A stretch of DNA of 64,000 nucleotides, taken from positions 2,194 to 66,193 of the forward strand of contig JAEUSQ010000038.1 in the NCBI GenBank assembly GCA_016788705.1. The letters run 5' to 3'. Of the stretch, positions 51,100 through 59,299 are shown piece by piece. Each line of letters begins with the position of its first letter. The stretch's first letter is position 1. Under the pieces are notes generated by a model. It did no database searches, was not told where the DNA came from, and was given only the letters and a program-made list of their open reading frames with translations. The DNA comes from Bacteroidota Order II. bacterium. Its GTDB lineage: Bacteria > Bacteroidota > Rhodothermia > Rhodothermales > UBA2364. Position numbers and translations under genes: made by a program.

Positions 51100-52035
51100 A
51101 TGCACAAAACGGTATGGTTTATGTTATGGGCTTTATTTGGCCTTTCAGCTTGTAACCCGCCTCAGCCACCGCCCACCTCTTCATCATCCCCGCCAGTTCG
51201 TACCGAAAAGCCCGCCACTGGTTTTACGCGCATCAAAAAGACCATCATTCGCGGAAATCGTAGCCAAAAAAAAATGGCTCTTATCATTTCGGCAGATCAG
51301 TTTGCAGAAGGCGGAGGTATTGTCCGCGAGATCCTTGCAAAACACCGCGTAAAAGCCTCTTTTTTCCTGACGGGGCGCTTTTATCGCGATTCCACACGAC
51401 ATGCGTTGATCTTGGGGCTTAAGGAAGACGGACATTACTTGGGTGCACACTCCGACCAGCACTTGGAATATGGTTTTGGCGATAGCCTGATTATTGGAAA
51501 ACAAGAAATGACGTTGGACTTGTTGGAAAACTATAAAGCCATGGAGAAATTTGGGATTCAGAAAGCGACGGCTCCCTACTTTCTCCCCCCTTATGAATGG
51601 TATGATGCTTCTGTTGCCCAGTGGACGCAAGAACTTGGGCTGACACTCATTGGCATGACGCCTGGAAGTCGCTCAAATGCCGATTATACAACGCCGGAAA
51701 TGCCCAATTACAAAAGCAGTGACGCCATTTTTGAAAGCATTAAGGCGTATGAACAATCGGATTCGGATGGCTTTAATGGCTTTATCATGCTGGTACACAT
51801 GGGTACTGCTCCAGCAAGAACCGACAAATTTTATAAACGACTGGGCGAATTGGTGACGTGGCTCAAGAAAAAAGAATATCAATTGGTACGGATTGATGAG
51901 CTACTGGGGGCGAAATCGCCTTTGCCCAAGCCCATTAGTACCACCGAAATTCCCGCAGATATTCCATTGGAGGCCAATGGAAAAGTTCCAGCCGATTATT
52001 GCCCCATTTGTCGGAAATTACACCGCTCCAGTTGA
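51100..52035 (+). CDS. Polysaccharide deacetylase-family lipoprotein
   Basis: The ATG at 51100 gives lipobox LFGLSAC. KASFFLTGRFY and GHYLGAHSDQH fit the NodB-homology pattern loosely. Confidence 0.65.
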   Translation: MHKTVWFMLWALFGLSACNPPQPPPTSSSSPPVRTEKPATGFTRIKKTIIRGNRSQKKMALIISADQFAEGGGIVREILAKHRVKASFFLTGRFYRDSTRHALILGLKEDGHYLGAHSDQHLEYGFGDSLIIGKQEMTLDLLENYKAMEKFGIQKATAPYFLPPYEWYDASVAQWTQELGLTLIGMTPGSRSNADYTTPEMPNYKSSDAIFESIKAYEQSDSDGFNGFIMLVHMGTAPARTDKFYKRLGELVTWLKKKEYQLVRIDELLGAKSPLPKPISTTEIPADIPLEANGKVPADYCPICRKLHRSS

Positions 52036-52037
52036 TC

Positions 52038-52400
52038 TTAGACCATTTTTTGCTCGCCCTCGGCACGGAGCAGGTCTATGGTCTCATACGCATGACGGAG
52101 ATGGGGGATCACAATCGTCCCACCTACCACAAGCGCCACATTCATGGCATCTTCCAGTTCTTCATTGGTAAAACCCGTTTCTACACACTGTATCAGATGG
52201 TAGTCAATACAATCATTGCAACGGAGGACCATCGAGGCGACCAAACCCAGTAACTCTTTGGTCTGACTGGGTAACGCACCGTCCCGATAAGCATTGGTGT
52301 CTAAATTATAAACACGCTTGATGCCCAAATGCGAGCCTTGCTCCAAAATACGTTTATTCATCCGATCTCTGTACAATCGAAACTGTTCTATTCTATTCAT
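52038..52400 (-). CDS. Carboxymuconolactone decarboxylase/AhpD-like family protein
   Basis: LRCNDCIDYH (CxxC...H of AhpD-like proteins); 120 aa. Confidence 0.8.
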   Translation of the reverse strand: MNRIEQFRLYRDRMNKRILEQGSHLGIKRVYNLDTNAYRDGALPSQTKELLGLVASMVLRCNDCIDYHLIQCVETGFTNEELEDAMNVALVVGGTIVIPHLRHAYETIDLLRAEGEQKMV

Positions 52401-52755
52401 CGGTTTTATTTGATAAATGAGTGAGGGTAGGTGGATCCAAGTGCATGGTTGGATCCCAAAGGTGTCGCGCCATTAAAACCAATCCTTCTGCTGTAAAATG
52501 TATGCCTTCTGACCTGAGGCGATCTTCCATAACAAAAGGGCCGCCAAAATGAAGCGCGCCAGACAAACCGCCAAAACGGTTCACCACCCGGTGTGCCGGA
52601 ACATCAGGCGGACATTGGTTTAAGGCCCACCCTACCGCCCTTGCGGATTGTCCCGTACCCAAATACCGGGCGATGTGGCCATAGGTGGTAACATTGCCAA
52701 AGGGCACTTGGCGTGCCACGGCATAAACCCGTTCGTAAAAATCGGAAGTGGGCAT
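52393..52755 (-). CDS. MGMT-fold protein lacking the acceptor cysteine (alkyltransferase-like, ATL)
   Basis: VPFGNVTTYGHIARYLG...ARAVGWAL...DVPAHRVVN shows PAHRV in place of PCHRV. There is no N-terminal MGMT domain. It overlaps the downstream AhpD-like gene by 8 nt. Confidence 0.8.
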   Translation of the reverse strand: MPTSDFYERVYAVARQVPFGNVTTYGHIARYLGTGQSARAVGWALNQCPPDVPAHRVVNRFGGLSGALHFGGPFVMEDRLRSEGIHFTAEGLVLMARHLWDPTMHLDPPTLTHLSNKTDE

Positions 52756-53015
52756 CAGTTGTGTGCTGGATGTTATTGTTTTAAGACAAAGAAGTTACGT
52801 CAGACCTGGACCACAAACAAGACTAATCCGCCAGAGTGTACAAGGTTGCAAGACAGTCAGAAGCCATGTAAGACATAAAAACGATGGCGACCCCAGAACG
52901 GATGCCGCCACGTTTAACCCACGAGAGATGCGTTTGAGAGGTGATTATTGCCCATCCATAACGGATTGGAATGGATAATAGTGCCTTTGCGGAGGAGAAT
53001 AAACCCTCTATTCAT

Positions 53016-53088
53016 GATTGTCGCAAATTGTCGCAGGCATGTCGCAAATTGTCGCAGGCATGTCGCAAATTGTCGCAGGCATGTCGCA
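53016..53088. repeat. Tandem 21-bp repeat carrying seven phased TGTCGCA heptamers
   Basis: Exact TGTCGCA copies start at 53019, 53029, 53040, 53050, 53061, 53071 and 53082. Spacers alternate AAT and GGCA. The unit is TGTCGCAAATTGTCGCAGGCA, present 3 times plus one extra heptamer. Confidence 0.95.
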
Positions 53089-53305
53089 TTTGTTGGGGTG
53101 TAGAAGCACGTTTTGAAGCAAAAAAACCGGTGCCAATCGTTTTGTGGTACATTCAAGTGCCACATTTTGTGCGCAGTTTCGCGGTTCATTGGCATGTTCA
53201 GGACAAGGGGAGTCTTGCGCCGCGTAGCCAGATTTGCTTATAGTCTTCGTCTTGTATGGTCAATCATCAGAGCTAAGTTAGAAAAAGTAGCGTTCTTCAA
53301 ACTTG

Positions 53306-53512
53306 TCATGTCAGGGCAAAGATACCCCAGTGCCGAATGCCTCCCTTAGGGTTGTACAACACCTGTTCGCTGACGCCGAGCAGTTCGGCCACTTCTTTTG
53401 CGCCCTTACCGTTTTTTTGCATCCTCACTGCCTCTTTTGTGTGAACACGCTGTCATACTTGCGCCGCAAGCGGTTCACACCTACAGGACTTACTTGTTGT
53501 TGTTGTTTTCAT
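53306..53512 (-). mobile_element. Decayed IS3-family OrfA-like (HTH_Tnp_1) fragment
   Basis: Three minus-strand frames read MKTTTTSKS..., ...NRLRRKYDSVFTQK and EAVRMQKNGKGAKEVAELLGVSEQVLYNPKG. Joined, they follow the rrkYs.eFK.eAV.l...G.s..eVAeelGvs...LynW pattern. At least two frame breaks are present, and no OrfB or inverted repeats were seen. Confidence 0.4.
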
Positions 53513-53562
53513 CACACAATATTAAGTTAGATTTGTGCCCGGCTAAATCAGACCACCTCACC

Positions 53563-53606
53563 AAAAAGACCCATTGTGCTTTACAACGGGTCTTTCTGAT
53601 TTTTTC
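53563..53606 (-). terminator. Rho-independent terminator after the large T9SS cargo gene
   Basis: A 13-bp stem AAAGACCCATTGT (53565-77) / ACAACGGGTCTTT (53583-95) has one G-U pair on the minus-strand RNA. A U-run follows on the minus strand, and a T-run also sits on the plus side. Confidence 0.8.
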
Positions 53607-53619
53607 AGCATAACTATTT

Positions 53620-56600
53620 TTACCGCATCAACACCATTTTACCGGTTTGGGCCATACGTCCGGTTTCGATACGGAAGAAGTACATGCCATTAGGAAGATT
53701 GGCATCAGGTTGCCATTGCACTTCATGGTGGCCTGCTGACCGGAATTCATCCGATACCAGTTGTAAACGCCGTCCTGTAAGGTCAAACACCGAGACTTGT
53801 ACTTTTTCTGGCGTACTGACCGAGAACCGAAGGGTTGTGGTATTGCTAAACGGATTGGGATAAACTTGCTGGATGGCCAGTCCATTGGGTAAAGAGGTTT
53901 CCTCTTCCCTGTCCACGCTTGCATCGGAAGGGGTGAGCACAAAATCAAATTGGCTGGTTCCATTTGCCAGTTGGATAGGTTGGTTCAGTGTCAGTGCCGC
54001 AGTTCCATCTTGGTATTGCCCCTTGTATCCCACCTTACTGGCATAGATCCGGAGTTGGGCACCCGCAGAGAGGTCGGTGATCTGGAAGGCGCCATCTTTT
54101 TCGGTGGTAGCAACGGTGACCGGATTTCCCGCTTCATCCATCGCATATACCGAGGCACCAGAAATCGGTTGCCCTTTATCCGATTTCACGACGCCTTTTA
54201 TCCGTGCCGAAGCATTGGCTTCTGTCGGCGTTTTATTTACATTCCCACCCATATCCAGCCAGCGATAGTACACCGGATTCAATCTAAGTACTAAGCCCTC
54301 CCAAGTGGGTTGATTGCTGTCAATCCGAAGCATCTCCGCCTGTGCAGGATCCCAAGTATCTTTGAAATACATGGGCATATGATAGGGTGCCTGTCCTTTT
54401 AAGACATAAGCACCATCCGGCACACCAGCCAAACGAAAACTGCCATCCTTTTGCGGAAGTGCGGTAAACACTTCTTCGGTATCCACATGCGTGAGTGTAA
54501 CCACACTGTTCTCAATGGGGGTACGGCTATCGTTCAGCACCCATCCAGCCACCACCCCATTTCCAGTTAGGCGCTGGGGTAGGGCCACCAATTCAATGGA
54601 CGTTTTGGCTCCACCCTCCACCTCTACCGCAACCGCCTCTTCTGGCTGGTTTACGTTACCGCTATATACCCGCAAGCCATCCGCAAAAGCCGCCACCTCG
54701 TATGCACCCCGAAAAACCTGATCGAATGCAAAACGGCCGTTCGCATCCGTTCGCGTGGTTTTTTGGAAAGAAGCCATCTTAAAGAACATCCAATCCATTC
54801 CATCCCCACCAGATCCCGCAGGTTTTAGCTCTACCAATGCGTTTTCAATGGCTTTTCCGTCTTTGGTTGTCAGTATTCCGACCACCGCACCAAAGATCGG
54901 CTTTGGGTCGAGTTGCACCTTCAGGTTTGAAAGGACTTCACCTTGTGACAACTGAATGACAGTGGCCTCGGCCATGTCTTTTTTGCCATCATACCAAGCA
55001 TCGTCCATCATATCCCCTTCGCCATACCAAGAGGTAAACAGGTTATATGCTCCTTCAGGGATGTCTTTGATGACGAAGGCGCCATTTTCATCGGCCATCG
55101 CAAAACCACCAAAGGTAGCCCTTCCATTTGCATTTCCTACAGGATCCAGAATGGCCCTTGAAAACAAGGAGAGATTGGCATGGGGCAAGGGCATTCCTGT
55201 TTTATCCGTTACAACGCCACTAATGACCCCCGTTCCTTTTTGAATGGGCATGTCAAACTGAATGTCTTCTGGATTACTTTTCCCGTTTTCAATGCTGATT
55301 AGGGTTGCTTCTTCGGGTGTTTCGGCTTGTTTATACCAGATATAGGCACAAGAAAACGAGATACAAGCACTAGCACTCAGCAGATAGTCGCCATCTGGTA
55401 GGTTATTGATGACAAACCTGCCTTCTGGATCGGTTTGGGTATAGAGACGGGTTGTAGCAACGGGGTCTAACGATTCCACAATCACCCCTGCTTGTGCGAT
55501 GGGGTTTCCATTTTTGTCTTTCACGACGCCAGAAATCCGTCCATTCATAAGCGGGACTACAAAATCGAGCCCGCTTCTTTCTGCATTTTCATTAATCGTC
55601 ACCATTTGGGGATAGGTTAACTGATACAGTTGTCCCCCATTGGATGTAAAGACCTGCACACTTAATTGATATGTTCCGGCCAGCACACGATCAAACCTAA
55701 ACCTGCCATCGGCTTCTAATTTTGTGTTATAGAACCCACGTCCAGAGGCACTCACTTCTGTGGAGGCAAGAAGCACATATCCAGCCGTCACGGGTGTCCC
55801 GTCTTTTGTGGTCACTTTTCCTGTAGCGCTCCCATACGTAAAGCGTACTTCCAATTTAAAATCTATCCCTTTCACTAGTTCGCCTTCTTTTACAGGAATT
55901 GATCTGGACTCGGTCATTTCTTTGGCGTTCGGATACCACACCGAAACGTCTAGTTCTGGGATGACCACCTGCACATAGTAGTCTTCTGGGTCGAGTTTTT
56001 CAAGGAGGTATTGGCCATTTTCATCGGTTTGGGTGGCATACCCACCCCAATTCCAATTGACACGATTGCTCGGAATGGCCATTACTTCTACATCAGCTAA
56101 GGGCCTCCCTTGCCCATCGGTAACCACACCCATGATTTGCCCTGGTAATCGCATTGAAATGTCTATACCGGAAACCGTCCCATCTTTTGTCAAGGTGACA
56201 GGGGTATAACCGCGAGGGTCATTCTCTTTTACATAAAACGAGGAACCGTAGCCATCGGCCCAGGCTTGCACCACATAAGTTCCCTCGGGCAGATCGGTGA
56301 TCACATAGTCACCGTTTTCATCGGTCGGTGCGCTGTTTCCTACACCGGATTGTGGATCTTGTGCCACAACTTTTGCATATGCAACGGGGTTTCTGGTTTT
56401 AGCATTGATAATACGACCCTTGATCACGCCACTTCCGGCAGGCGGCGGCGGATTAATGACACCGCCCAGATCAAAATTCACAAACTGGGTTATACTACCA
56501 TCTTTGACTTCAATGGGTTTGGAATCGGACTCAGACGTCCCGCCTCCATAGAATTGCTGGAAGCCCGATGCGGTAACGGCATATACATAATAAAGGCCCT

Positions 56601-56832
56601 CCGGCAGTTCTTTTAGTTCATACGTACCATCCGCAGCAACTTCGGCACGGGTCTTAAACACCGTAGGCGGCAGGCTATAGGCCACAACGGTGGCCGAGGG
56701 CATGTTACCCGTTGGGTCTAAAGGTAGGTTTACGGTTCCCCGTATGCTCCCGCCCACACGACCGGATGTCGCAAAAACGGGCAAAATGGCCATCCACATC
56801 AAAGCAATGGACAGATAATAGCGGACTTTCAT
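53620..56832 (-). CDS. Large secreted protein of tandem carboxypeptidase-regulatory-like (beta-sandwich) modules with T9SS C-terminal sorting domain
   Basis: The ATG at 56832 gives signal MKVRYYLSIALMWMAILPVFA. There are nine copies of the D-x-x-G-x-[FY]-x-[ILF]-x-x-[LV]-x-x-G-x-Y motif (e.g. DENGDYVITDLPEGTYVV, DPEGRFVINNLPDGDYLL). The C-terminus QVYPNPFSNTTTLRFSV...VSVFDLTGRRL...NGMYFFRIETG is a T9SS CTD. Confidence 0.8.
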   Translation of the reverse strand: MKVRYYLSIALMWMAILPVFATSGRVGGSIRGTVNLPLDPTGNMPSATVVAYSLPPTVFKTRAEVAADGTYELKELPEGLYYVYAVTASGFQQFYGGGTSESDSKPIEVKDGSITQFVNFDLGGVINPPPPAGSGVIKGRIINAKTRNPVAYAKVVAQDPQSGVGNSAPTDENGDYVITDLPEGTYVVQAWADGYGSSFYVKENDPRGYTPVTLTKDGTVSGIDISMRLPGQIMGVVTDGQGRPLADVEVMAIPSNRVNWNWGGYATQTDENGQYLLEKLDPEDYYVQVVIPELDVSVWYPNAKEMTESRSIPVKEGELVKGIDFKLEVRFTYGSATGKVTTKDGTPVTAGYVLLASTEVSASGRGFYNTKLEADGRFRFDRVLAGTYQLSVQVFTSNGGQLYQLTYPQMVTINENAERSGLDFVVPLMNGRISGVVKDKNGNPIAQAGVIVESLDPVATTRLYTQTDPEGRFVINNLPDGDYLLSASACISFSCAYIWYKQAETPEEATLISIENGKSNPEDIQFDMPIQKGTGVISGVVTDKTGMPLPHANLSLFSRAILDPVGNANGRATFGGFAMADENGAFVIKDIPEGAYNLFTSWYGEGDMMDDAWYDGKKDMAEATVIQLSQGEVLSNLKVQLDPKPIFGAVVGILTTKDGKAIENALVELKPAGSGGDGMDWMFFKMASFQKTTRTDANGRFAFDQVFRGAYEVAAFADGLRVYSGNVNQPEEAVAVEVEGGAKTSIELVALPQRLTGNGVVAGWVLNDSRTPIENSVVTLTHVDTEEVFTALPQKDGSFRLAGVPDGAYVLKGQAPYHMPMYFKDTWDPAQAEMLRIDSNQPTWEGLVLRLNPVYYRWLDMGGNVNKTPTEANASARIKGVVKSDKGQPISGASVYAMDEAGNPVTVATTEKDGAFQITDLSAGAQLRIYASKVGYKGQYQDGTAALTLNQPIQLANGTSQFDFVLTPSDASVDREEETSLPNGLAIQQVYPNPFSNTTTLRFSVSTPEKVQVSVFDLTGRRLQLVSDEFRSAGHHEVQWQPDANLPNGMYFFRIETGRMAQTGKMVLMR

Positions 56833-56903
56833 GTCTGTTAGGATTTGGGTCAAAGGTTATTTATTCTGATTACCCCACAGAATCCCCGAACACCCAACCC
56901 CAG

Positions 56904-57269
56904 TTAGGCGGAGTCTCGGTGAACCGTGTCGGGGTGAAAAGCAGGTGCACAAATGGCCCAGTATTCGGTTTCTTCCGAGCCAGGTGTGCTGTACCGGATT
57001 CGTGTTCCGGCAGCGACATAGGTTACTTCGCCAGCATGTACATCTGTGGTTCCTTCAGGGTACTCCACCCGTAAACAGCCACGCACCACCAAGGTGGCCT
57101 CGTCAAATGCAGGCGTTTGGAAAGGCTCGGTCCAGTGGGCTGTTGCGACCATATGTGCAACACTCATCCGACCAGTGCCCGTGCGAACATGTCCGATAAA
57201 TTCCTCAATGCGCTTCTCGCCAATGCCGGGGGCCACAATGCGGGTTGGTTCAGAAATATGGTGAATCAT
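56904..57269 (-). CDS. Cupin-domain protein
   Basis: 121 aa. The beta-strand pattern ...DEATLVVRGCLRVEY..G..DVHAGEVTYVAAGTRIRY is typical of small cupins. The metal ligands are not clear. Confidence 0.6.
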   Translation of the reverse strand: MIHHISEPTRIVAPGIGEKRIEEFIGHVRTGTGRMSVAHMVATAHWTEPFQTPAFDEATLVVRGCLRVEYPEGTTDVHAGEVTYVAAGTRIRYSTPGSEETEYWAICAPAFHPDTVHRDSA

Positions 57270-57474
57270 AGGGTAGTTTCGGTTACATGGATTACAATGA
57301 AAAAACTATGGTTAATTCAACTTTATTAACCCCTTCGTTTTCATCAATAAAATCCTCTTGGGTCGAATACTTTGTTATTATAAGAAGGGGGTACTTTACT
57401 CACTCTGCCTTCACAAACTGACGACGCTCCATGGTTTGGGGGTGGCCGCAGGTTCAAAAACTTACGTTTTTTCT

Positions 57475-59295
57475 TTAATCCAATCCATACACCTCGGCAA
57501 TTTCATCGGGCGAGAAAGCTTTTTGCAGGCTAAGTGGGAGCATTTGCTTCGTAATGAGGAATGGACCCAAAACCAGGACGTCTAAATGGGTTCGGACAAA
57601 GCACGTAAACGCCTCTTTCGGACTGCATACAATGGGTTCGCCACGCACATTAAAACTGGTATTCACCAACACCGGACAATCCGTCAACGCTTCAAAAGCG
57701 GTCAACAGACGATGATAGAGAGGGTTAAGCTCTGGATGTACGGTTTGAATGCGTGCCGACCCGTCCACATGGGTGACAGCCGGAATGGTGGAATGCGCTT
57801 GGCGCTCTTCTAAACGGGTCTGTATGTTTTCTGAGCCTGCCTCATCCGGAGCCTTCCACCCTTTAACAGGGGCAACCAGCAACATATATGGGCTATCAGC
57901 CTCCAAATCAAACCAGTCTTGTACGCGGTGCCGCAGTACCGAAGGAGCAAATGGCCGAAAACTTTCTCTGAATTTAATCTTCAGATTGACGTTTTTTTGT
58001 ACATCCGTGCCTCTTGGATCGGCCAAAATGGAACGATTTCCTAGTGCCCTCGGACCAAACTCCATCCGTCCTTGAAACCATCCGACTGTTTGTTGCTGGG
58101 CAAGTAGCGTTGCCGTTCTTTCCGGAAGGGCTTCATAGCCCACTTCTTCACATGGAATTTTTTCGGATTCGAGAAATGCCCGAATGTCATCATCGGCAAA
58201 GGAGGGCCCCAGGTAAGGATCAAAAAAAGCCCTCTCAGAGGCGCTTCTGTCTTGTTTGGCATAATCATGCCAAACCAATAGGGCAGCCCCAAGCGCTCCA
58301 CCTGCATCTCCGGAAGCGGGCTGCACCCATATTTTCCGAAATCCAGCCTCTCGTAACAACCGACCATTAGCCACACAATTCAAGGCAACACCACCGGCCA
58401 AGCACAGGTTTTCGGCGTGGGTTTCTTTCCGAATGTGGCGGGCGGTTTTTAGCATAATTTCCTCCGTCACCACCTGCACCGAGCGTGCTAAGTCCATTTC
58501 TCGCTGAGTGATGGGCGACTCTGGCGTTCGGGCCGGACCTCCAAACAAAGATTCAAACCGCTTCCCGGTCATCCTTAACCCTGTCATATACGTGAAATAA
58601 TCGAGGTTCAGGCGATAAGACCCGTCTTCTTTTACGGAAATCAGATGGTCATAAATTTTTTGGACATACCGAGGTTCGCCATAGGGCGCAAGACCCATCA
58701 ACTTGTACTCGCCAGAGTTTACCCGAAAGCCCGTGAAGTAGGTAAAAGCCGAGTAGAGCAGCCCCAAAGAGTGTGGAAAATTCAACGCGGCCTGAATCCG
58801 AAGTTTATTCCCACTTCCAACCCCCCAACTGGAGGTCGCCCACTCACCCACGCCATCCATAGTCAGGAAAGCGGCTTCCTGAAAGGGTGAGGGATAAAAC
58901 GCACTGGCTGCATGGCTCTCGTGGTGTTCGGTAAATAGGACTTTTCCTTCCCAGTTCAATTCTTTTTGGATCAGGTCGGGAATCCACAGTTTCTGTTTTA
59001 GCCAAATGGGCATGGCTTTCAAAAAAGAAGGCCAGCCAAAAGGTGCATTGGCTACATACGTTTCCAACAGGCGTTCGAACTTCAGAAACGGTTTTTCATA
59101 AAAAACCACATGGTCCACATCGCCTATGGTAATATTGGCCTGTCTAAGGCAAAAGGCCACAGCGTGTCGTGGGAAGTCGGGGTCATGCTTTTTGCGTGTA
59201 AAGGCTTCTTCTTGGACGGCAGCCACCACCCGTCCGTCTTGTACCAAACAAGCCGCAGCATCGTGATAGTAACAGGATAAACCAAGAATATTCAA
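57475..59295 (-). CDS. NodU/CmcH-family carbamoyltransferase
   Basis: (M)NILGLSCYYHDAAACLVQDGRVVAAVQEEAFTRKKHDPDFP is the canonical family N-terminus, and VNTSFNVRGEPIV sits near the C-terminus. The TTG at 59295 lies 4 nt after the upstream stop. The ATG at 59364 would overlap that gene by 65 nt. Confidence 0.85.
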   Translation of the reverse strand: MNILGLSCYYHDAAACLVQDGRVVAAVQEEAFTRKKHDPDFPRHAVAFCLRQANITIGDVDHVVFYEKPFLKFERLLETYVANAPFGWPSFLKAMPIWLKQKLWIPDLIQKELNWEGKVLFTEHHESHAASAFYPSPFQEAAFLTMDGVGEWATSSWGVGSGNKLRIQAALNFPHSLGLLYSAFTYFTGFRVNSGEYKLMGLAPYGEPRYVQKIYDHLISVKEDGSYRLNLDYFTYMTGLRMTGKRFESLFGGPARTPESPITQREMDLARSVQVVTEEIMLKTARHIRKETHAENLCLAGGVALNCVANGRLLREAGFRKIWVQPASGDAGGALGAALLVWHDYAKQDRSASERAFFDPYLGPSFADDDIRAFLESEKIPCEEVGYEALPERTATLLAQQQTVGWFQGRMEFGPRALGNRSILADPRGTDVQKNVNLKIKFRESFRPFAPSVLRHRVQDWFDLEADSPYMLLVAPVKGWKAPDEAGSENIQTRLEERQAHSTIPAVTHVDGSARIQTVHPELNPLYHRLLTAFEALTDCPVLVNTSFNVRGEPIVCSPKEAFTCFVRTHLDVLVLGPFLITKQMLPLSLQKAFSPDEIAEVYGLD

Positions 59296-59299
59296 GGTG

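Noticed and set aside
52885-52910. tRNA-like 3' end or att-site fragment (TGGCGACCCCAGAACGGATGCCGCCA, read on the minus strand as ...GGGGTCGCCA)
   Set aside because: No matching 5' acceptor strand, no canonical T-loop and no cloverleaf can be drawn in the adjacent ~80 nt. It is probably a chance match.
53016-53088. CRISPR array?
   Set aside because: The repeats are directly abutting 21-bp units with no unique spacers and only about 3.3 copies. No cas genes are in the window.
56767-56773. Extra TGTCGCA copy near the 5' end of the T9SS cargo gene, possibly linked to the phased array
   Set aside because: A given 7-mer is expected several times by chance in 64 kb. This copy lies inside coding sequence (the signal-peptide codons FATSG).
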